Assembly (NCBI GenBank): GCA_016204035.1
Contig: JACQLN010000022.1
Span: 1-49,631 of the forward strand
Source of the DNA: Parcubacteria group bacterium
Lineage (GTDB): Bacteria; Patescibacteriota; Minisyncoccia; JACQLN01
Direction of reading: 5' to 3'
DNA: 49,631 nt
Shown here: piece by piece, positions 42,735 through 49,631 of the stretch
How the letters are laid out: every line of letters begins with the position of its first letter
Position numbering within the stretch: the first letter of the stretch is position 1
The notes under the pieces: model-generated
Seen by the model: only the letters and a program-made list of their open reading frames with translations
Told to the model about the DNA's origin: nothing
The model's database searches: none
Program-made: the position numbers and the translations under genes

Positions 42735-44309
42735 ATGGCGTTTGATATTATTATAAAAAACGGCACAGTGGTGAATGGCACGGGCCAGCCGAGTTATAAA
42801 GCCGATATAGGTATAACCGGCGATAAAATTTTTGATATTGGAAATTTAACTAAAGCCAAAGCTAAAACCGAAATAGACGCTTCGGGGCAAGTGGTCGCGC
42901 CCGGTTTTATAGACGTTCAAAATCATTCCGACAGTTACGGCGGTATTTTGCGCGACAGCCATTTGGAAAGTCTGGTAAGGCAGGGTATAACCACTATTTT
43001 GGTGGGCCAGTGCGGATCATCTTTGGCGCCCTTATTAAAAGGCTCGCTGGCTTCCATACAGAAATGGGCCAATATTGAAGGTATAAATGTAAACTGGAAA
43101 AGCGCGGCCGAGTTTTTTGAGACCATGTCGCGCCGCGGGCTCGGCGTTAATTTAGCCACTTTAGCGGGTCATGCCACGCTACGCCGAGATTTTATAGGCG
43201 ACGTTTCCCGCCCGTTAAGCCCCAAAGAAGAACTGCAGATGATGTCTTTATTAAAACGGTCGCTTCAGGAAGGCGCTTGGGGGGTTTCCATTGGTTTGGC
43301 CTATACCCACGAACGCCTAGCGGCCGAAGAAGAAATCCACCGCCTGTTAAAAGTGGCGCGTAATTATAACGGCGTGGTTTCTTTCCATTTAAGAAACGAG
43401 GGCGCCGAAATTTTTTCATCCATCAACGAGGTTTTCGGCTTTTTAAGGCATACGCCGGTAAAATCTAAAATCAGCCACTTAAAAATATTGGGTGAAAAAA
43501 ATCCCGTCGCCGCCGAAAAACTTTTACGGATGCTGGAAGTGGCTTCGCGGGACGGCTTGTCCGCGTATTTTGATATTTATCCTTACACCGCCTCGGCCGT
43601 GGTGCTATATCTTTTACTGCCGGAATGGGCCACTCTGGGCGGCAAAAACGATCTGATTAAAAAAATAAAAAACAAGAATATTCGGGCCGACATCGCGCGC
43701 GATCTGGAAACTAAAAATTATCCTTACGATAAAATCACCATCGCTTCTACGGCGTTGGGGCAAAATTTTACCGGCCGGACGCTAGCCCAAATAGCCCAAG
43801 ATCAAAACACCAGCGCCCCCGAAGCCGTTTTGAATCTGATATTGGCGGCTCGCGACCAAGTTACGGTTTTCTGGCACGGCTTGGATGAAAACATTTTAGA
43901 CAACCTTATTAAACACCCCCACGCCATGATCGCCACCGATGGCGCCGGTTATGGCCCCAACGACCGCTTTTCCAAGCAAGTGCCTCATCCGCGTTCTTTC
44001 GGCGCCACCGCGCGGGTTTTGGAAAAATATGTCCGGGAAAGAAAAATCATAAACTTAGAAACGGCTGTTTATAAAATGACGGCTATGCCGGCCGGCTGGA
44101 TGGGTCTTAATAACCGAGGCACGCTAGCCAAAAATAATTTTGCCGACGTGGTTGTTTTTGATCCTCAAAATATAAAAGACTTGGCTACTTACGAAAATCC
44201 TTTCAAACATCCGGCGGGCATAAATCAAGTTATTATAAACGGACAATTCGCCGTTAAAAACGGCCAGTATCAAAACATGCTGGCCGGAAGGACGCTGCGG
44301 AGAATATAG
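42735..44309 (+). CDS. N-acyl-D-amino-acid deacylase (D-aminoacylase) family amidohydrolase
   Basis: N-terminal IIKNGTVVNGTG...DIGI.GDKI...IDA.G..VAPGFID pattern. The usual HxH reads QNH here. Confidence 0.75.
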   Translation: MAFDIIIKNGTVVNGTGQPSYKADIGITGDKIFDIGNLTKAKAKTEIDASGQVVAPGFIDVQNHSDSYGGILRDSHLESLVRQGITTILVGQCGSSLAPLLKGSLASIQKWANIEGINVNWKSAAEFFETMSRRGLGVNLATLAGHATLRRDFIGDVSRPLSPKEELQMMSLLKRSLQEGAWGVSIGLAYTHERLAAEEEIHRLLKVARNYNGVVSFHLRNEGAEIFSSINEVFGFLRHTPVKSKISHLKILGEKNPVAAEKLLRMLEVASRDGLSAYFDIYPYTASAVVLYLLLPEWATLGGKNDLIKKIKNKNIRADIARDLETKNYPYDKITIASTALGQNFTGRTLAQIAQDQNTSAPEAVLNLILAARDQVTVFWHGLDENILDNLIKHPHAMIATDGAGYGPNDRFSKQVPHPRSFGATARVLEKYVRERKIINLETAVYKMTAMPAGWMGLNNRGTLAKNNFADVVVFDPQNIKDLATYENPFKHPAGINQVIINGQFAVKNGQYQNMLAGRTLRRI

Positions 44310-44342
44310 CGTTATGAAGGCAAGGTTTCCGTTTTCGCCAAA

Positions 44343-44441
44343 GAAGAGAAACATCGCCCCGAACTGCCCTCATGGAGAAGACTTTAATGTTTTTAAGATG
44401 AGAGGCTCCGTGACAGGCAGTGAGGGGTGATGTTTCTTGAA
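44343..44441 (+). repeat. structured intergenic repeat, family B, copy 2
   Basis: Aligns with 3316..3409. Outer stem AGAAACATCGCCCC/GGGGTGATGTTTCT. Confidence 0.55.
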
Positions 44442-44450
44442 TGTAAGCGA

Positions 44451-44573
44451 ACAAACCCTCTCGTTACGCTCGAATCCCCAGCGTGGCTTCTCGCTGATGC
44501 GTCGGCCTCACTCGCTCCGACTAAAGTCGGAGCACCCTGCCCGTTCGGCCGACGAATCAACTTGAGGGTTTGT
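44451..44573. repeat. GC-rich nested hairpin element
   Basis: Outer stem ACAAACCCTC/GAGGGTTTGT, inner stems GTCGGCC/GGCCGAC and GCTCCGAC/GTCGGAGC. Confidence 0.4.
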
Positions 44574-44635
44574 TTGTTTTGTTAAAAAACTTGCCGGAAT
44601 TTGAGTAGCTTTATAACAAGGAATTTTGCCCGACT

Positions 44636-45730
44636 ATGAAAAACACCGCCGCCAGACCCCTCGCTATTTTTTTAACCAGTACCGCCATGTTGGTGTTGTT
44701 GGGTTTGGCCGTAATGACCAATGCTTCCATACCCCTTTCACAAGCCAATCACGGAGAAAGTTTTTATTACTTAAAACATCAAATAATTTACGGCCTGTTT
44801 TTGGGCCTTGCGGCTTTTTTCTTTTTTTTACGATTCAACCACAACCGCTTAAAAAAAATAGCTTTGCCGTTTTTATTTCTGGCTGTGATCCTTTTGGTTT
44901 TAGTCTTTGTGCCGCAAGTGGGCTACGAGGCCGGCGGAGCCAAAAGATGGATCAGCCTATTCGGTTTTTCCTTTCAGCCGTCGGAATTCGCCAAACTGGC
45001 CATAATCGTTTATTTGGCCAGCTGGCTGGAATCCAAAAAAGATAAAATCAAAAAACCGGTTATGCTGGTTCCGTTTCTTTTTTGGTTAGGGTTAATAGGC
45101 GGTTTGGTGCTTATAGAACCGGATATGGGCACGTTTTTAGTTATCTGCGCCATTGCTTTGGGCATGTATTTTGGCGCCGGAGCTAAAATAAAAACCTTGG
45201 CGGGATTATTTTTGATCGGAGCAGTTGTTTTAGCCACACTGATAGCGGTGGAACCGTACCGGCGGCAAAGATTAACGTCGTTTTTAAATCCCAGTTCCGA
45301 TGTTGCCGGCCAAGGTTATCAGCTTAATCAAGCCCTTATCACCATCGGGTCTGGCGGGGTTTTTGGTTTAGGTTTGGGCAAGGGCGTGCAAAAATACAGT
45401 TACTTGCCCGAAACCATAGGAGATTCGGTTTTTGCCATTGTCTCGGAAGAACTGGGTTTTGTCGGCGCCGTATCTGTGTTGCTGCTTTATCTGGTTTGGA
45501 TTTTAAGCGGCTTAAAAATCGCCTCCACGGCTGGCCATATCTACGGCGGATATTTGGTTTTGGGGGTGGTAGTTTGGATTGGGCTTCAAACTTTTATAAA
45601 CACGCTCGGCATTCTGGGCTTGATACCTTTTACCGGCATACCCTTGCCGTTTATCAGCTACGGCGGCAGCGCTCTCGCTATTGAACTCGCCGCCGTGGGC
45701 ATCGTGGCCAACGTGGCTCGCCGACGATAG
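44636..45730 (+). CDS. ftsW: FtsW/RodA/SpoVE-family peptidoglycan glycosyltransferase
   Basis: QPSEFAKL and PLPFISYGGS motifs. Polytopic. Confidence 0.85.
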   Translation: MKNTAARPLAIFLTSTAMLVLLGLAVMTNASIPLSQANHGESFYYLKHQIIYGLFLGLAAFFFFLRFNHNRLKKIALPFLFLAVILLVLVFVPQVGYEAGGAKRWISLFGFSFQPSEFAKLAIIVYLASWLESKKDKIKKPVMLVPFLFWLGLIGGLVLIEPDMGTFLVICAIALGMYFGAGAKIKTLAGLFLIGAVVLATLIAVEPYRRQRLTSFLNPSSDVAGQGYQLNQALITIGSGGVFGLGLGKGVQKYSYLPETIGDSVFAIVSEELGFVGAVSVLLLYLVWILSGLKIASTAGHIYGGYLVLGVVVWIGLQTFINTLGILGLIPFTGIPLPFISYGGSALAIELAAVGIVANVARRR

Positions 45731-45746
45731 AAAACGGTATAAAAAT

Positions 45747-45773
45747 CCTCCGCAGAGCAAAACTCTGCGGAGG
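45747..45773. terminator. bidirectional hairpin CCTCCGCAGAG-CAAAA-CTCTGCGGAGG
   Basis: Perfect 11-bp stem between the convergent ftsW gene and the GC-rich ORF. Confidence 0.65.
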
Positions 45774-45786
45774 TAAATTGGCCAGC

Positions 45787-46353
45787 TTAGCTGGCCTTGT
45801 GGGGACGGAGCAACCGACAGCCGGAGCGGCGGAAGTCGCTCACAAGCCAGCCGAAGTCCAGACGCCACCGGCCGCCGCCCCAGACGAGGCACGGGACGCC
45901 ACGGCCGCCGCCGCCAAGCCGCCAGATGGTACCCGTGAACACCAACACGAATTTCCGGAGTTCTTCCGGAATCTCGTGCTGGTTCTCCAACAGGTACTCG
46001 GCATGCCTCTGGCCGAGGTTGGCGTGGAGTTCCTCGCGGCTCCGGCGCACCATCTCCTCGCCGCCGATGCAGTCCTTACCCTCTTTCAAAAAGGACACGG
46101 GTTCGAGATCGGCGACGGAAATGGGCCACGGCTCACACGCGTCCTCCAAGAGGGTCCAGCCCTCTTGGGACATGTCGCAGAGAAAGACGGATTCGGGCAT
46201 TTCACCGAAAAGCTTGGTGAGCCTGGCCGAGAGGATTTCTCTGGAACAGCTATTCCAAGCGCCCAAAACGTCCAAACTGATATCTCTAGGAAAATGCACC
46301 TGGATCCTCTGGGTCAACTCAAGGGTTGCCGCATTCAAGGCCTTATCGCTCAT
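45787..46353 (-). CDS. hypothetical protein (GC-rich orphan)
   Basis: 188 aa. The ATG is preceded by AAGGAAGGA. The C-terminus is Trp/Gly-rich (VLVFTGTIWRLGGGGRGVPCLVWGGGRWRLDFGWL). No family recognised. Confidence 0.55.
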   Translation of the reverse strand: MSDKALNAATLELTQRIQVHFPRDISLDVLGAWNSCSREILSARLTKLFGEMPESVFLCDMSQEGWTLLEDACEPWPISVADLEPVSFLKEGKDCIGGEEMVRRSREELHANLGQRHAEYLLENQHEIPEELRKFVLVFTGTIWRLGGGGRGVPCLVWGGGRWRLDFGWLVSDFRRSGCRLLRPHKAS

Positions 46354-46504
46354 AGCGATCCTTCCTTGTTTTTGGCTTTCTGATTATCCCACCGCTTTGG
46401 CGGGCTTCAGATGAGCCGATTTTTTAGGGTACTATGTTAAGTATAGCAAATAACTAAAACAGTGTCAAGTGCAACCGGTTGGTGAATAAGGTTATAATGA
46501 ACAC

Positions 46505-47587
46505 ATGAAAAAAATGCGGATACTGCTGTGCGGCGGGGGCACGGGCGGGCATGTTTTGCCGCTGGTGGCCGTGGCCCGGGCCGTTAAAAAAATAGCGCCG
46601 GAAACCGAAATATATTTTGCCGGACCGGAAGAATTCCCCTTAGACAGCTTGAGAGAAGAAGGTGTGATTGTTAAAAAAATAATTTCCGCCGGAAAATTGC
46701 GGCGGTATTTTTCGTGGCTTCATATTTGGGAATTGGTAAAACTGCCTTTGGCATTTTTACAGTCTTTTTTTGTGGTGAGTGTTATAAATCCCGACGTGGT
46801 TTTGGGCAAGGGCAGTTACGGCAGTATTCTGCCGGTTATGTGCGCCGAACTCTTGTTTAAGAAAATAATCATCCACGAATCCGACGCCGTGCCCGGCCTC
46901 GCCAACAGGTTTTTATCTTACATCACTGATAACATCGCCATGGCCTTTGAAGAAACCAAAAAATTCTTTCCCGATAAAAATGTTTATGTGGTCGGCAACC
47001 CGGTGCGACTTAAGTATTTGGAAATGAAGCCAAACGAAGCCGAAGAAATTTTAGGCGTTAAAACGCAAAAACCGATAATCTTCATCAGCGGGGGATCGCA
47101 AGGAGCCCAAAAAATAAACAAGGTTGTTTTAGAAGCATTGAATGAACTGACTCAAAAATATTTTGTGATCTGGAGCGCCGGCGGCGCCAACTATACAATT
47201 GTTCAACACTCAGTGTTGAACAATGAGAATGTAAAAATAGTTCCATTTCTAAACGAAAAAGAACTGGCGGCGGCTTATATATTGTGCGACGTAGCCCTGG
47301 GCCGGGCCGGCGCCGGCACTATTTTTGAACTCGCCGCTTTCGGCAAACCGGGTATTCTGATTCCTTTAGAAAGAAACGGCGGCGATCAGCCGATCAACGC
47401 CCAAGTTTACGCTCAAACCGGAGCCGCTGTTGTTCTAAAAGAATCTGAATTAAGCAAAACGGCGCTTTTGGAAAAAATAAGCCAGGCGTTAAACCAAAAA
47501 GACGAGTTGAGCCGAAACGCCCGAAAGTTTGCTAAAATAGAGGCAGCCGAACAGTTGGCGCAAATCTTATTGGATTTGGCCAATTAA
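46505..47587 (+). CDS. murG: undecaprenyldiphospho-muramoylpentapeptide beta-N-acetylglucosaminyltransferase
   Basis: GGTGGHVLP G-loop and a C-terminal GRAGAGTIFE. Confidence 0.9.
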   Translation: MKKMRILLCGGGTGGHVLPLVAVARAVKKIAPETEIYFAGPEEFPLDSLREEGVIVKKIISAGKLRRYFSWLHIWELVKLPLAFLQSFFVVSVINPDVVLGKGSYGSILPVMCAELLFKKIIIHESDAVPGLANRFLSYITDNIAMAFEETKKFFPDKNVYVVGNPVRLKYLEMKPNEAEEILGVKTQKPIIFISGGSQGAQKINKVVLEALNELTQKYFVIWSAGGANYTIVQHSVLNNENVKIVPFLNEKELAAAYILCDVALGRAGAGTIFELAAFGKPGILIPLERNGGDQPINAQVYAQTGAAVVLKESELSKTALLEKISQALNQKDELSRNARKFAKIEAAEQLAQILLDLAN

Positions 47588-47600
47588 CAAGTTTAGGAAA

Positions 47601-47684
47601 ATGAGTTTCCGTTTTCGCCGGCAAGTTTTGTTTGAGACGCAGTCTTCGGAGGCGAGTTAACTTGCCCAGAAAACGAAAACTCAT
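47601..47684. repeat. long imperfect hairpin between murG and gltX
   Basis: 16-bp outer stem ATGAGTTTCCGTTTTC/GAAAACGAAAACTCAT with one mismatch, and inner stem GGCAAGTT/AACTTGCC. Shares the 15-mer GTTTCCGTTTTCGCC with 44325..44339. Confidence 0.45.
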
Positions 47685-47706
47685 AAGAATATAATCAAAA
47701 CTTAGA

Positions 47707-49086
47707 ATGAAAATAAAAACCCGCATCGCGCCCAGCCCCACCGGTTTATTCCACATCGGCAACGCCCGCACGGCTTTGTTCAGTTATTTGTTCGCCAAAA
47801 AAAATCACGGCGAGTTCTTGCTGCGCATAGAAGACACCGACATTGAACGCTCTAAGAAAGAATACGAAGACGACATTATAAACGGCTTAAGATGGCTGGG
47901 CATAATATGGGACGGCGAAATAATCCGCCAAAGAGACAGAGCGCCTAAGCACCGCGAATACTTGGAAAAACTCTTGGCCGAAAGCAAGGCCTTTTACTGC
48001 CGCCACACCCCCGCTGAGCTGGCGCAAGAACAGAAAAACCAAGAATTGGAAAAAATTCCCTTCCGGCACGACTGCCAGCACAAATACGATCCGGAGATCA
48101 GCGACGGAGTGATCCGCTTAAAAAATCCCGGCGGTAAAATTGTTTTTAAGGATTTAATAAGGGGCGAGCTTATTTTTGAAAGCGAATTATTGGGCGACCT
48201 GGTTTTAGCCAAAGACTTGAACACACCGCTTTATAATTTCGCGGTGGTGATTGACGACGCTGAAATGGAAATAACCCACGTTATTAGGGGAGATGATCAT
48301 CTTTCTAATACGCCCAAACAAATACTGACTCAAGAAGCTTTAGGTTTCAACCGGCCGGAATACGCGCATCTGCCGTTGATACTGGCCGCCGACCGATCCA
48401 AACTATCCAAAAGGCACGGCGGCACTTCCGTGACGGAATATAAAAATATGGGTTATCTGCCCCAGGCCCTGCTTAATTTTATGGCGCTTCTGGGCTGGCA
48501 CCCGGCCACCGATCAAGAGATATTCAGTCTGGAAGAATTGATACAAGAATTTGATTTGAACCGGGTGCAAAAAGCCGGCGCTGTTTTTGACAAAGAAAAA
48601 CTTGATTCCATAAACCGCCACTATATTAAACAGCTGGTGCCGGCCGAACTGGCTAAACACATCGCGCCCCATTTTATAGCATACAATCTTAACCCGGAAC
48701 AATTGATCAAAACGGCTCATTTATTTCAAGATCGTCTTAATAGATTTTCTGAAATTAAGGATCTGGCCGGTTTTTTATTTGACGCGCCTAAATACCAGCC
48801 CGAGTTGCTTAATTGGAAAAACTCTTCGGCCGGGGAAACCAAAAGCAATTTGGAAACCGCGCTGATGGTTTTGGAAAAACTCCCCATAGACTCGTTCAAT
48901 ATAGACACTATCACCACCGAACTGATGCCGGTAGCTAACAAAATCGGGCGGGGAGAGGTGTTGTGGCCCTTGCGGGTGGCCTTGTCGGGTTTGGATAAAT
49001 CCCCCAGTCCTTTTGAAATAATGGAAGTTTTAGGGAAAGCGGAATCAGTGGCTAGAATCAAAAAAGCCATAGATAAGATCAAATGA
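47707..49086 (+). CDS. gltX: glutamate--tRNA ligase
   Basis: HIGH motif (HIGNARTA) and KMSKS motif (KLSKR). Confidence 0.9.
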   Translation: MKIKTRIAPSPTGLFHIGNARTALFSYLFAKKNHGEFLLRIEDTDIERSKKEYEDDIINGLRWLGIIWDGEIIRQRDRAPKHREYLEKLLAESKAFYCRHTPAELAQEQKNQELEKIPFRHDCQHKYDPEISDGVIRLKNPGGKIVFKDLIRGELIFESELLGDLVLAKDLNTPLYNFAVVIDDAEMEITHVIRGDDHLSNTPKQILTQEALGFNRPEYAHLPLILAADRSKLSKRHGGTSVTEYKNMGYLPQALLNFMALLGWHPATDQEIFSLEELIQEFDLNRVQKAGAVFDKEKLDSINRHYIKQLVPAELAKHIAPHFIAYNLNPEQLIKTAHLFQDRLNRFSEIKDLAGFLFDAPKYQPELLNWKNSSAGETKSNLETALMVLEKLPIDSFNIDTITTELMPVANKIGRGEVLWPLRVALSGLDKSPSPFEIMEVLGKAESVARIKKAIDKIK

Positions 49087-49631
49087 TCAAATTAAAAAAA
49101 TTAAGACCAATTTTGGTTTTTTGGGCGCTGGCGGCAGCGCCGCTTTTTGCTTTTGCCGACCAGTTGGATGATTTAAGAACGGAAAAAGCAGGCCTGCAAT
49201 CCGAAATAGACGTTTTGGAAGCCAAAATAAACGAATACCAAAAAGAGCTGGGCAATAAAAGAGAAGAAATAAACACGCTTAAAAACGAAATTACCCGAAT
49301 CAACACCCAGATAAGCAAACTTAATCTGGAAATTAAAAAAACCGAAAACCAAATCTATCTTACCCGCATCAACATCCAAGAAACCGAAACCGATATTCAT
49401 GAAACCGAATTAAGCATTGTTGAAAAAAGAGAAGTGCTGGCCGGCTTATTAAGAGAGTTTCGCAAATTTGACGAAGAAACTCTTTTAGAAAGAGCCCTTA
49501 AATACGACACCCTGACCGAAGTGGTTAAGCAGACCGAATACTTGAATTCGCTTCAGCTAAAACTGAACGATGTTTTATCCGCCACTAAAACATTAAAAAA
49601 TAATCTGGAGAATAAAGAGGTTGTCTTGAAA
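49083..49631 (+). CDS. partial coiled-coil protein with signal peptide (EnvC/M23 activator-like N-terminus), truncated by the window end
   Basis: The ATG overlaps the gltX stop (ATGA). The frame stays open to the window end. Signal-like LVFWALAAAPLFAFA is followed by a heptad-rich sequence. Confidence 0.5.
   Translation, partial: MIKLKKLRPILVFWALAAAPLFAFADQLDDLRTEKAGLQSEIDVLEAKINEYQKELGNKREEINTLKNEITRINTQISKLNLEIKKTENQIYLTRINIQETETDIHETELSIVEKREVLAGLLREFRKFDEETLLERALKYDTLTEVVKQTEYLNSLQLKLNDVLSATKTLKNNLENKEVVLK

Noticed and set aside
44466-44480. A T-loop-like string GCTCGAATCCCC, considered as evidence of a tRNA.
   Set aside because: I could not fold an acceptor, D or anticodon arm around it. 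It lies inside the nested GC-rich hairpin element.
44626-45045. A 139-aa plus-strand ORF overlapping the ftsW 5' region in another frame.
   Set aside because: The ftsW frame (44636..45730) has clear SEDS motifs. The alternative frame has none.
45778-46414. Two plus-strand ORFs of more than 200 aa (45778..46383 and 45797..46414) overlapping the GC-rich orphan.
   Set aside because: They overlap each other in different frames, lack an SD and are Pro/Ala/Arg-rich. The minus-strand ORF has an SD plus ATG and sits convergent to ftsW with a shared hairpin. The strand assignment is still only moderately confident.

Overview
This window looks like a compact, AT-rich, largely Shine-Dalgarno-poor bacterial genome. 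The gene content and style resemble Patescibacteria/CPR, but that assignment is inference only.

Housekeeping genes make up most of the window:
- a macAB-like efflux operon and a FemAB-like transferase
- a DEAD-box helicase, obg and dnaX
- a znuBC-like transporter, fmt-def and plsC
- aspS, scpAB, dacA-like, mraY, ftsW, murG and gltX

Accessory content interrupts this backbone. The most striking block is a GC-rich island of about 6.9 kb (14.8-21.7 kb), wedged between obg and dnaX, in which every gene has a strong SD:
- It carries a tightly packed minus-strand operon encoding a PP2C phosphatase, a Ser/Thr kinase with a Zn-ribbon and a beta-rich C-terminus, an isochorismatase/nicotinamidase-family enzyme, and a vWA (MIDAS) protein.
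- This is a TerY-P-like phosphorylation triad with an embedded NAD-salvage amidase.
- Nicotinate phosphoribosyltransferase and a lipoprotein gene are transcribed divergently from it.

A second GC-rich orphan gene sits between ftsW and murG.

Three loci share the same odd architecture: a truncated 5' copy, then an insert, then an intact copy.
- An intact tRNA-Gln(UUG) plus a GIY-YIG gene is nested inside an interrupted tRNA-Gln-like copy that carries four CCCGCC hairpin insertions.
- dnaX has a 31-nt duplication of its 5' end flanking a multi-hairpin insert of about 174 nt.
- scpA has a duplicated 5' fragment of about 90 nt flanking a 2.7-kb two-gene insert, which encodes a secreted protease with Cys-rich repeats, IPT-like domains and a trypsin-like domain.

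Other features:
- Two families of structured intergenic repeats have compensatory stem changes.
- ACGATCGT-centred 40-bp palindromes bracket a PaaX-like regulator gene.
- A small accessory islet holds mazEF, RhuM-Doc, a Nudix-HEPN(AbiU2-like) fusion and a second Nudix gene.

I recognised no rRNA, CRISPR array, transposase or integrase. All calls rest on reading the sequence and the ORF translations by eye. No searches were run.
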